Source: Myxococcota bacterium (lineage in GTDB: Bacteria > Myxococcota_A > UBA9160 > SZUA-336). From it: a stretch of DNA of 49,753 nt. The notes beneath the pieces are model-generated. The model saw only the letters and a program-made list of their open reading frames with translations, was not told the DNA's origin and did not search any database. Below are positions 17,327 through 25,353 of the stretch, piece after piece. How positions within the stretch are numbered: the stretch's first letter is position 1; every line of letters starts with the position of its first letter. The stretch spans positions 1-49,753 of the forward strand of contig JAYZEO010000037.1 of the NCBI GenBank assembly GCA_036337215.1, given 5' to 3'. Made by a program: the position numbers and the translations under genes.

Positions 17327-20005
17327 TTAGTGCGCTTCTCGCCAGTTGTACCCCTCTCCTGCGTGAACCTCGATTGGAACCCGGAGGGACGCGACCCCGC
17401 GCATCTCCCCGATCGCGAGTTCCGAGAGCGCCCGAAGATCCTCCGGGTGGACCTCGAACACGAGTTCGTCGTGAACCTGCAAAATCATGCGGGCCCGGGG
17501 CCCACCGGGGCCCGCCAGGGCCGGGTCGATCCGGACCATGGCCCGCTTGATCATGTCGGCCGCGGTCCCCTGGATCGCAGAGTTCACGGCCATCCGCTCG
17601 GCCGCGGAACGCCGGGCGCGATTCCGCGAAGAGAGGTCCGGGAGGTAACGCCGGCGGCCCTCCAGGGTCTCGGCATACCCGCGTTCTCGAGCGCGCTCGA
17701 CAGCCCCGTCCAGGTAGGCGCGCACCCCAGGATACCGCTCGAAATACTGCTTGATCAGGTCCCGCGCCTCGGCCTGGGCGATCCCGAGCGTCCGCGCGAT
17801 GCCGAAGGCCGAGGAGCCGTAGATGATTCCGAAGTTGATGGCCTTCATGCGGTCGCGCTGATCGGGGCTGACGGCCTCGATCGAAATGCCGAAGACCAGG
17901 GCCGCGGTATGGGCGTGGACGTCCTCTCCGGAGGCAAAGGCGCGCAGCAGACGCTCGTCCTCCGAGAGGTGGGCCAGGATCCGCAGTTCGATCTGGCTGT
18001 AGTCCGCCGAGTACAGCAGCCGCCCCTCCGCGGGAATGAAGGCTTCCCTGATTCGCTGACCGATCGGGCTCCGGATCGGGATGTTCTGAAGATTCGGGTT
18101 CGAGGCAGAGAGCCGCCCGGTCGCCGCCACCGTCTGATTGAAGCTGCAGTGGATGCGACCGGTCTCGGGGTTGACCAGGCCCGGCAGCGCGTCGACGTAG
18201 GTGTTCTTGAGCTTGGTCATGCGTCGAAACCCGAGGAGTTCGGCGGGGAGTTCGTGAGAGAGCGAGAGTTCTTCGAGAACCGACTCATCGGTCGAGAAGC
18301 CCGTCTTGGTCCGTTTTCCGGGCGGCAGGGCAAGCTTCTCGAAGAGCACACGCTGCAGTTGCTTGGTGGACCCGATCTTGAATTCCTCACCGGCCAGCGA
18401 GTAGATCCGGGTCTCGAGCCGCGCCAGCTCGTCCCCGAGTTCCCTTGCCAGATCCCCGAGACGCGCCTCGTCGATCCGAACACCCGCGATCTCCATCCGA
18501 GCCAGCACCGGCACCAGCGGGACCTCGATCTGCTCGTAGATTTCGAGTTCGCGATCCCGGGCCAGCCGCTGATCGAGCTGCGCGGCGAGTTCAAGGGCGG
18601 TGCCGACTTCCGCACCCCAGATCGCGCACAATTCCTTCGCTTCGGCCTGCGCAGCTCCGCGGCGCCGCGCACCCTTTCCGAGCAGATCCTCGGCCGACGG
18701 GATCGAGGCCTCGAGATAGGCCCGGGTCAGGGCCTCGGGACGCCGAACCTGCTGCGAGGGATCGATCACGTACGCGGCGACCGAGAGATCGCGCAGCTCG
18801 CCAGCGAGTTCGACTCCACGCCGGGCGAGCGCGATCGAGTCACGCTTGAGGTCGTGGCCGACCCAGACACGGTCCGGATCCGAGACCAACGCTGCGAGCG
18901 GTGCCGGAAGTCCTACCGGCCCCAGCAGCGCTGCCGGAACCAGCGTGGCCGGGTGCGACGCCCCCCCGATCGCAATCGCCACGAGTTCGCCCCGCATCGG
19001 CTCCTCCGGGTCTACTACGCAGGCGAGCGAGAGGCGATCACACGCCCCAAGCCCCGCACAGAGGGCGGCCAGCGCCTCGGGAGTCGCCACGCTCTCGGTC
19101 TCGATCTGGAACTCCGGCGCCTCCCGCGCCGGCGTCTCGCCGTCCCCCGAGCCAGCCTCGAACTCGTCCAGGAGCCGCCGAAGCTCGAACTCACGAAACA
19201 GCTCGAGCAGTGCTGGAAGGTCCGGGGCCCGCACCGCGAGCTCTTCGATCTCGACCTCGAGCGACAACGAATCGCGCAGACGCGAGAGTTCACGCGAGAG
19301 TCGGGCAGCCTCGGCACCCGAACGCAGGGCCTCTCGTTGACGCTTCGACTGGACCTCGCCGGCAGCTTCGAGCAACTGGTCGAGACTGCCGTATTGAGAC
19401 AACAGCCCGACCGCTCCCTTTTCGCCGATCCCGGCAACGCCCGGAATATTGTCGGAAGAATCTCCGACCAGGGCCCGGAAATCGAGCATCTGCGCCGGTC
19501 GAACACCAAAACGCGCCTCGACCTCGGCTGGCCCGAAGCAGCGGTCCCTCATGGTGTCGAGCACAGACACGCGTTCGGAGACCAACTGCAGCAGGTCCCG
19601 GTCGGTCGAGACGATCACCACCTCTAGCGCGGCCGCCTCGGCCCGGCGCGCAAGCGTGGCGATCACGTCGTCGGCCTCCTCGCCGTCGACCTGCACCGAG
19701 GTGAGGCGGTACGCGTCACAGATTTGGCGGATCCCGGGAAGTTGCGCACCGAGGTCCTCGGGCATGCGGTCGCGCTTCGCCTTGTAGCCTGCATACATCC
19801 CGCGCCGACGATCCGACGCGCGAGCGCCGTCCCAGACCACGGCGAGTCGCTCGGGATGCTCCTCGCGCAGGAGCTTCTGGAGCATGCTGGTGAAGCCCAG
19901 AATTGCACTCGTGGGTTGGCCCGCAGCGTTGGCGAGAGCTGGAAGCGCGAAGAACGCGCGGTAGATACTGGAACTCGCGTCGATCAGAAAGAGACGCTCG
20001 GCCAT
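17327..20005 (-). CDS. polA: DNA polymerase I
   Basis: Track ORF trimmed to ATG 20005 (MAERLFLIDASSSIYRAFFALP). 5'-nuclease domain. Polymerase motif A DYSQIELR, motif B KAINFGIIYG, motif C QVHDE. 892 aa. Confidence 0.93.
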   Translation of the reverse strand: MAERLFLIDASSSIYRAFFALPALANAAGQPTSAILGFTSMLQKLLREEHPERLAVVWDGARASDRRRGMYAGYKAKRDRMPEDLGAQLPGIRQICDAYRLTSVQVDGEEADDVIATLARRAEAAALEVVIVSTDRDLLQLVSERVSVLDTMRDRCFGPAEVEARFGVRPAQMLDFRALVGDSSDNIPGVAGIGEKGAVGLLSQYGSLDQLLEAAGEVQSKRQREALRSGAEAARLSRELSRLRDSLSLEVEIEELAVRAPDLPALLELFREFELRRLLDEFEAGSGDGETPAREAPEFQIETESVATPEALAALCAGLGACDRLSLACVVDPEEPMRGELVAIAIGGASHPATLVPAALLGPVGLPAPLAALVSDPDRVWVGHDLKRDSIALARRGVELAGELRDLSVAAYVIDPSQQVRRPEALTRAYLEASIPSAEDLLGKGARRRGAAQAEAKELCAIWGAEVGTALELAAQLDQRLARDRELEIYEQIEVPLVPVLARMEIAGVRIDEARLGDLARELGDELARLETRIYSLAGEEFKIGSTKQLQRVLFEKLALPPGKRTKTGFSTDESVLEELSLSHELPAELLGFRRMTKLKNTYVDALPGLVNPETGRIHCSFNQTVAATGRLSASNPNLQNIPIRSPIGQRIREAFIPAEGRLLYSADYSQIELRILAHLSEDERLLRAFASGEDVHAHTAALVFGISIEAVSPDQRDRMKAINFGIIYGSSAFGIARTLGIAQAEARDLIKQYFERYPGVRAYLDGAVERARERGYAETLEGRRRYLPDLSSRNRARRSAAERMAVNSAIQGTAADMIKRAMVRIDPALAGPGGPRARMILQVHDELVFEVHPEDLRALSELAIGEMRGVASLRVPIEVHAGEGYNWREAH

Positions 20006-20050
20006 CGCCCGGGGTGTAGCACGAGGCGGGCGGCGCTCACAAGCGCACAC

Positions 20051-21184
20051 TCAAACCGACGAGAAGCGCTCGCTCAGCGCCGGATCGGCGCGCATCTCTT
20101 CCAGGTCGCCGCGACTCTTGACCGGATAGTAACGACCCCGTGGACCGCTTCGCGGAATGGCGAGAAAGGCGGTCTCGACGAAGGCCGAGACTTCGCCGAT
20201 CAGATGCTCGATCTGGACCACCGGCTCCTCGGCGACCCGCTTCTCCACGTAAAACCACGAGAGCGGCAACTCGCGCGCCAGGGTATCGAGCGAGAAAAAC
20301 GCGGTATTGGTGTTGACGAAGGGCAGCCGACCCCAGTCGTAGCCTTTGGGAAAGCGAAGGCCCTCGACGAGTTGAAGCCGACCTCGCACCTGCATCGGCG
20401 CACCCCCCGCATCGCCGGCGATGGTCGGTGCCACCTCCGCCGTCATCCCGGCGCCGCTCTCGAGGTGGTAACCGACGATCACGGGATCCGGCTCAGCACC
20501 CAGGTTGTCGACGTTCGAAAGCATCACCGTCGCGACCCCGCGGCGCTGGAGCGTTTCGAGCACCCCCGACTCGCGCAGGGCCTGCGGCAGGTCCCCGTGC
20601 CCGGGCGCGTAAGGTGAGAGCGCACCGTCGGGACCCCGAAACAATTCACCCCGGGGAGTGAGACGCAGGGAAATCTGTTGCAGCAACGTATACACCCCTT
20701 CCGCGAGGCCGCGTTCGCGCAGGAATTCGAGGGTCGCTGCCTGAGTCGCAAAGCTGTTCATGACCAAAAACGGCGCGGGACCCAGGGCACTCGCTTGCGC
20801 ACGCTTGATCTCGAGACAACTCCGACCCGCGAAGGCCTCCGCGATCCCCTTTACGCCTCCACCAAACCGGGTCGCCATTCCACCGTTCAGGACCGCGACT
20901 GCAACCGCTCCCTCCGCGAGCGCCCGGCGTCCGGTTTCGGCGTAGCGGCGACGGTCTGCATCCGAGAGCGCATCGAGCACCGCGATCTCGCCCGAGTCCG
21001 GGAGTCCGGGCGGATCCCGAAGCCGGTTGGCCTCGAGACTGAGGCGCCCGGAGGCGACCTGGGCCGCGTGGCGCTCAATCAACTCGCGGTCGAGCCGGGC
21101 GCCCTCCATCCCCTCCAAGCGCGGGGCGAGTTCCGCCTCGATGCGCTCCCAGTCAAAGCTTCCGGTGCGACCTGCTACTGCCAT
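20051..21184 (-). CDS. UDPGP-family (eukaryotic-type, PF01704-like) UTP--sugar-1-phosphate uridylyltransferase
   Basis: ATG 21184. Nucleotide-binding loop VLNGGMATRFGG (compare LNGGLGTxMG of UGPases), PGHGD and SNVDNLGA motifs. 377 aa. Confidence 0.78.
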   Translation of the reverse strand: MAVAGRTGSFDWERIEAELAPRLEGMEGARLDRELIERHAAQVASGRLSLEANRLRDPPGLPDSGEIAVLDALSDADRRRYAETGRRALAEGAVAVAVLNGGMATRFGGGVKGIAEAFAGRSCLEIKRAQASALGPAPFLVMNSFATQAATLEFLRERGLAEGVYTLLQQISLRLTPRGELFRGPDGALSPYAPGHGDLPQALRESGVLETLQRRGVATVMLSNVDNLGAEPDPVIVGYHLESGAGMTAEVAPTIAGDAGGAPMQVRGRLQLVEGLRFPKGYDWGRLPFVNTNTAFFSLDTLARELPLSWFYVEKRVAEEPVVQIEHLIGEVSAFVETAFLAIPRSGPRGRYYPVKSRGDLEEMRADPALSERFSSV

Positions 21185-21242
21185 TGGCGCCGCAGTCTTC
21201 CCCTACTTGCGTCGGGAGACAAGCCCGCGCGATCATCGGCGT

Positions 21243-21527
21243 ATGCGACCGGCGCCACCAGACGACCGCGACCTCGCGACCTTCGCACCTCGCGTCACGG
21301 GCTTGATCCTCTTCGGCCTGCTGCTCTCCCTGTGTTCGGCCGGGCTCTACGTGCTTCCGATCCTGATGGAGCCCGCCCCCGCCGGGGCGATCCCGGACTA
21401 CTTCGAGCAGCGAGTCCAGGCCCGACTCGAGGGGAAGCTGCCCTGGTTCCTTGCCGGTTCGTTTCTCGCGGTCGCGTGGCTTTCGATCCGGGGATGGCTC
21501 CCGGGAAGCCGGCGGAGGAGCGGCTGA
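21243..21527 (+). CDS. small two-TM membrane protein, unknown function
   Basis: In-frame ATG 21243 within track ORF 21027..21527. High third-position G+C. Helices GLILFGLLLSLCSAGLYVLPIL and WFLAGSFLAVAWLSI. The stop lies 4 nt before the next gene. Confidence 0.5.
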   Translation: MRPAPPDDRDLATFAPRVTGLILFGLLLSLCSAGLYVLPILMEPAPAGAIPDYFEQRVQARLEGKLPWFLAGSFLAVAWLSIRGWLPGSRRRSG

Positions 21528-21531
21528 TTCC

Positions 21532-22020
21532 ATGGCGGGGAAGCGCTCGAACTATTTCGCGTACGGATCGAACCTGGACGGCGTCCAGATGCGCGAGCGT
21601 TGCCCGAGCGCACGTCCGTGCTTCCGCGCGCGGCTGGCTCACCACAGGCTCGACTTCACACACTTTTCCTCCAAGTGGCTGGGCGGTGCTGCCGATGTGC
21701 TCCCCCACTTCGGCGACTCCGTCTGGGGTCTTGTTTACGAGATAGAAGCCGAGGACCTGCTCGAACTCGACCGCTTCGAGGGTGGCTACGACCGAGTCCA
21801 CCTGGAGGTCGAAGACGACGACGGTCGCTCGCACCGGGTACTCGCGTACACGGTGCGCCACAAGCGCAGCTTCCTGCCGACCCAGGTGTACCTCGAGAAG
21901 ATGATCCACTGGGCGGAGAGCTGGGACCTGCCGGCGGACTACCTCGAGCGACTGCGCCGGGTTCGACCTCTGGACCCGGGCTTCAGCCGGTCCACTCGAT
22001 CGCCGCGCCCCCCCAGGTGA
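21532..22020 (+). CDS. gamma-glutamylcyclotransferase (GGCT/AIG2-like) family protein
   Basis: Trimmed to ATG 21532 with GGAGGAG upstream. YFAYGSNL motif at the N-terminus and VWGLVYEI...L..LD.FEG..YDR. The 3' tail overlaps convergent fabH by 38 nt. Confidence 0.75.
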   Translation: MAGKRSNYFAYGSNLDGVQMRERCPSARPCFRARLAHHRLDFTHFSSKWLGGAADVLPHFGDSVWGLVYEIEAEDLLELDRFEGGYDRVHLEVEDDDGRSHRVLAYTVRHKRSFLPTQVYLEKMIHWAESWDLPADYLERLRRVRPLDPGFSRSTRSPRPPR

Positions 22021-22969
22021 GACCCGCGCCGAAGCCGGCGCACAGAATCTTGTCGCCCGGAGAGAAACGCCCGGCGCGGTTGCACTCGTCCATGAGCACC
22101 GGGATCGAGGCGGCCGAGGTGTTGCCAGTGTGCTCGATGTTGGTCGGGACCTTCTCGCTGGGCAGCTCGAGCCGCTCGGCAACGGCTTCGATGATCCTGC
22201 GGTTCGCCTGGTGGACCAGAACGTGATCAACCTCGTCCAACTGCCAGCCCGCCCGCTCGAGCACATCGCGTGCGACCTGTTCCATGGCCTGCACCGCGAT
22301 CTTGAAGACCTGTCTGCCGTTCATCTGAATGAAGGCCTGGCGCTGCGCGAGCACGTACGGCGAGGGCGGCCGCCTGGATCCTCCGCCTGGAATCGAAATC
22401 AGGTTCGCAAAATTCCCGTCGGACTTGAGCACTGTCGCCCGCAGGCCCCCTTCACCCTCGCGCAGCTCCAACACCACCGCGCCCGCTGCATCCCCGAACA
22501 GTACGCAGGTGTCTCGGTCCTCGTCGTCGGTGAACTTCGTAAGGCTCTCGGCGCCGATCAGGAGCACACGCGTGTACCCGCCCGCACGCATCAAGCTGCC
22601 GCTCACTTCGAGTCCATAAATGAACCCTGAACAGGCGGCGTTCATGTCGAAGCACGGGATCGGACGTGAAACGCGTAGTTCTCGATGGACCAAGCTGGAA
22701 GTCGCCGGCGTCAGCGTGTCTGGTGAAACCGTACACACGATGATCAGCTCGATCTGGTCGGCTGAAAGCTCCGCCATCTCGAGCGCATGGCGCGCCGCGA
22801 CCAGCGCGAGGTCGCTGGATGCGATTTCCGGTCCGGCCCGGCCCCGTTCGACGATACCCGTGCGGGTTTGGATCCAGTCGTCGCTCGTGTCTACCAGCCG
22901 CTCCAGCTCGTCATTTCTGAGCTTGGTCTCGGGTACGCAGGAACCCGTACCCGCGATCACCAGCTTCAC
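21983..22969 (-). CDS. fabH: 3-oxoacyl-ACP synthase III (KAS III, FabH family)
   Basis: GTG 22969 overlaps the ACP stop (GTGA). Catalytic Cys in NAACSGFIYG, His in VHQANRRI, Asn in HTGNTSAASIP. 328 aa. Confidence 0.9.
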   Translation of the reverse strand: MKLVIAGTGSCVPETKLRNDELERLVDTSDDWIQTRTGIVERGRAGPEIASSDLALVAARHALEMAELSADQIELIIVCTVSPDTLTPATSSLVHRELRVSRPIPCFDMNAACSGFIYGLEVSGSLMRAGGYTRVLLIGAESLTKFTDDEDRDTCVLFGDAAGAVVLELREGEGGLRATVLKSDGNFANLISIPGGGSRRPPSPYVLAQRQAFIQMNGRQVFKIAVQAMEQVARDVLERAGWQLDEVDHVLVHQANRRIIEAVAERLELPSEKVPTNIEHTGNTSAASIPVLMDECNRAGRFSPGDKILCAGFGAGLTWGGAAIEWTG

Positions 22970-23211
22970 GCGCGAGCCTCGGCCTTTCCCGCTACGTAGG
23001 TAACAATGTCCTGGATCGTGCGAATGTTCTCGACGTCGTCATCGGGAAATTCGATCGAGAATTCTTCCTCGAGCGCCATCACGAGTTCCACCACATCTAG
23101 CGAGTCGGCCCCCAAATCATCGAGCAGGTTCGCCTCCGGCACCAGAGCTGCCCGATCCACCCCCAGCTGATCCCCCACGATCGACGTCACTTTCGCCGCG
23201 AACTGCTCCAT
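22966..23211 (-). CDS. acyl carrier protein
   Basis: Trimmed to ATG 23211 with GGAGGAAGCG immediately upstream. Phosphopantetheine attachment site LGADSLDVVELVMALEEEF. 81 aa. Confidence 0.9.
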   Translation of the reverse strand: MEQFAAKVTSIVGDQLGVDRAALVPEANLLDDLGADSLDVVELVMALEEEFSIEFPDDDVENIRTIQDIVTYVAGKAEARA

Positions 23212-23286
23212 CGCTTCCTCCGTTACAAGTGATGCTCGAGGAAGGGCCCGTCTCCCGCGCGCTGCACGTGAGCCCCCCACAAAAAA

Positions 23287-23299
23287 TGACTCAGAGTCA
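23287..23299. promoter_or_regulatory. 13-bp perfect palindrome; candidate TetR operator upstream of acp-fabH
   Basis: TGACTC-A-GAGTCA sits in the relatively AT-rich 148-bp gap between the TetR stop (23360) and the ACP start (23211). A consensus TTGACA -35 hexamer on the minus strand lies at 23345..23340, but I found no good -10 at 17-bp spacing. Confidence 0.35.
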
Positions 23300-23359
23300 G
23301 GTTCTGAGCATTCTCAATGTTTCGACACTATCTCCGGGCTGTCAATGCGACGGGCAAAA

Positions 23360-23980
23360 TCAGGACCCCGCGCGTAAGCCTCGGATCACCAGCGAGAGCG
23401 AGGCCTCGAAAACCTTCTCGAGCGGCTGCGCGCGCAACGCGCGGCGCTCGGGGTACTGCTCCGTCTGAATCAGCCCGTTCCCGATGATCCAGAGAAGATT
23501 CGCGATGGCCCACGGGTCGCAGGGCAGGAAGACTCCGCTGCGGACGCCTCGCTCGATCTGCGCTGAAAGAATCTGCAGGCAACGCCTCCAAACCTCTGTG
23601 ACGGTCGCGACCACCTCGTCCGAGAGTTGCCCGATCAACAGCTGATTCTCGATCGCCCAAAAGATTCGGAAATACTCGCGGTTCTCGACGTAGTGCCGAA
23701 AGTAGAAGAGCGCGGTCTTCCGAATCTGGTCTTCCGGACCCAGTTCGGGGTCCAGCGTCTGCCGCATGCGGGCCACGAACAGGTGGGCGTTCTCGGCCAG
23801 TACCCCCACGTAGAGTGCGGCCTTGCTGTCGAAGTAGCGGTAGATGGTGCCCTTGGCGAGGTCGGCTCTCCTCGCGATCTCGTCCAGGTTCGCCCGCTCG
23901 AAGCCATCCGCAAAAAAAACCTCGCGCGCGCTTTCGAGGATTCTCCGGCGCTTCGCGTCTTTCTTTGCGGCCCGCTCCAC
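23360..23980 (-). CDS. TetR/AcrR family transcriptional regulator
   Basis: GTG 23980. N-terminal HTH ILESAREVFFADGFERANLDEIARRADLAKGTIYRYFDSKAALY. 206 aa. Confidence 0.88.
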   Translation of the reverse strand: MERAAKKDAKRRRILESAREVFFADGFERANLDEIARRADLAKGTIYRYFDSKAALYVGVLAENAHLFVARMRQTLDPELGPEDQIRKTALFYFRHYVENREYFRIFWAIENQLLIGQLSDEVVATVTEVWRRCLQILSAQIERGVRSGVFLPCDPWAIANLLWIIGNGLIQTEQYPERRALRAQPLEKVFEASLSLVIRGLRAGS

Positions 23981-24022
23981 CCGTCGAGTATAGCTTCGAA
24001 AGGCGGGGGCAACGGCTCCCGA

Positions 24023-24976
24023 TCAGGCCTCGTCGCTCCCTTCGTACTGAAGATCCTCGAAGAGCTTCGTCGAGAGATAGCGCTCGCCATAACTCGGAAG
24101 AATGACCACCACCAGCTTCCCCTCGGCTTCCGGCCGCCGACCGATCTCGATCGCCGCGCAGGTCGCGGCGCCGGACGAGATGCCGGACAACAATCCCTCC
24201 TCGACGGCCAGGCGCCGCGCCATCGCGATTGAAGCGGCGCTCGAGACCTGTACGATCTCGTCGATGATCCCGGTGTCGAGCACGTCGGGCACGAAGCCCG
24301 CGCCGATCCCCTGGATCATGTGCTTGCCGGGCTTCCCGCCGGCGAGCACCGGGCTCTCCTCGGGCTCGACCGCAACAGCCCGGAACGAGGGCTTGCGCGC
24401 CTTGATCGCCTGCGAGACACCCGTGATCGTTCCGCCGGTCCCGACGCCGGAGATCAGGTAATCCACCTGGCCATCGGTATCGGCCCAGATCTCTTCCGCC
24501 GTCGTCCGACGGTGAATCTCGGGATTCGCCCCATTCTTGAACTGCTGAGGAACGAAGGAGTCGGGAATGCCGGCCGCGAGTTCTTCCGCCGCCTTCACGG
24601 CTCCGGGCATCCCGTCCGCGGCCGGGGTCAGGATGAGCTTGGCGCCGTACGCACGCAACATCACGCGCCGCTCGAGAGACATCGACTCGGGCATGGTCAG
24701 AATCAAGCGGTAGCCCTTCACCGCGGCCACCAGCGCCAGAGCGATCCCGGTGTTCCCCGAGGTCGGCTCGACGAGCGTGGTACGCCCGGGCTCGATCAAT
24801 CCCTGGCGCTCGGCGTCCTCGATCATCGAAGCACCGATGCGGTCCTTGACACTCGCTGCCGGATTCAAGCCCTCGAGCTTCGCCACCAAACGCGCACCCA
24901 CCCCCTCGGTCACTCGCCTGAGTTCGACGAGCGGCGTGTTTCCAATCAGCTCAGTGACATCCTTCGCGATCTTCAT
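24023..24976 (-). CDS. cysK: cysteine synthase A (O-acetylserine sulfhydrylase)
   Basis: ATG 24976 overlaps the upstream ORF stop (ATGA). IGNTPLV, PLP-lysine motif [25 protein letters not shown]. 317 aa. Confidence 0.93.
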   Translation of the reverse strand: MKIAKDVTELIGNTPLVELRRVTEGVGARLVAKLEGLNPAASVKDRIGASMIEDAERQGLIEPGRTTLVEPTSGNTGIALALVAAVKGYRLILTMPESMSLERRVMLRAYGAKLILTPAADGMPGAVKAAEELAAGIPDSFVPQQFKNGANPEIHRRTTAEEIWADTDGQVDYLISGVGTGGTITGVSQAIKARKPSFRAVAVEPEESPVLAGGKPGKHMIQGIGAGFVPDVLDTGIIDEIVQVSSAASIAMARRLAVEEGLLSGISSGAATCAAIEIGRRPEAEGKLVVVILPSYGERYLSTKLFEDLQYEGSDEA

Positions 24977-25353
24977 TCCGGATCTCCCTTCTGGACTGGA
25001 GAAGATGGTACCAGAACATTGGAGCTCCGGACCCGCGCGCCCGGCGTCCTCGCGATCAGATCGCGCCCGATACTGGCGACCAGATTTCGAACGCCCTCGC
25101 TGCGCTCAGGATGGGTCAGCGGATCGATGCGGATCGTGACCGAGCCCCGGTCGTGGCGCGTGATCTTGAGATAGAACGGAAGCTTGCGCCCGGCTTCGAC
25201 GACCAGCGCCTCGAGCAGGAGGGCCCGTCCACTGCGATCCCTGTAGAGGGTATCGGCACGGATCACATCCGCGCCACCGCGCAGGAGGATTGGCTCGAAC
25301 TCGCGCGCGTACGCATCGAGATCGACCGGACCCTCGATCACGACGTGCGGCAT
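24973..25353 (-). CDS. hypothetical protein, no family recognised
   Basis: ATG 25353 gives a 16-nt overlap with rnhB. Alternatively GTG 25341 gives a GTGA overlap. The stop overlaps the cysK start. Balanced, non-shadow composition: [82 protein letters not shown]. Confidence 0.55.
   Translation of the reverse strand: MPHVVIEGPVDLDAYAREFEPILLRGGADVIRADTLYRDRSGRALLLEALVVEAGRKLPFYLKITRHDRGSVTIRIDPLTHPERSEGVRNLVASIGRDLIARTPGARVRSSNVLVPSSPVQKGDPE

Noticed and set aside
17330-19627. 765-aa ORF antisense to polA
   Set aside because: It is the antisense shadow of a gene with unmistakable Pol I motifs. It has low-complexity Arg/Pro/Gly composition.
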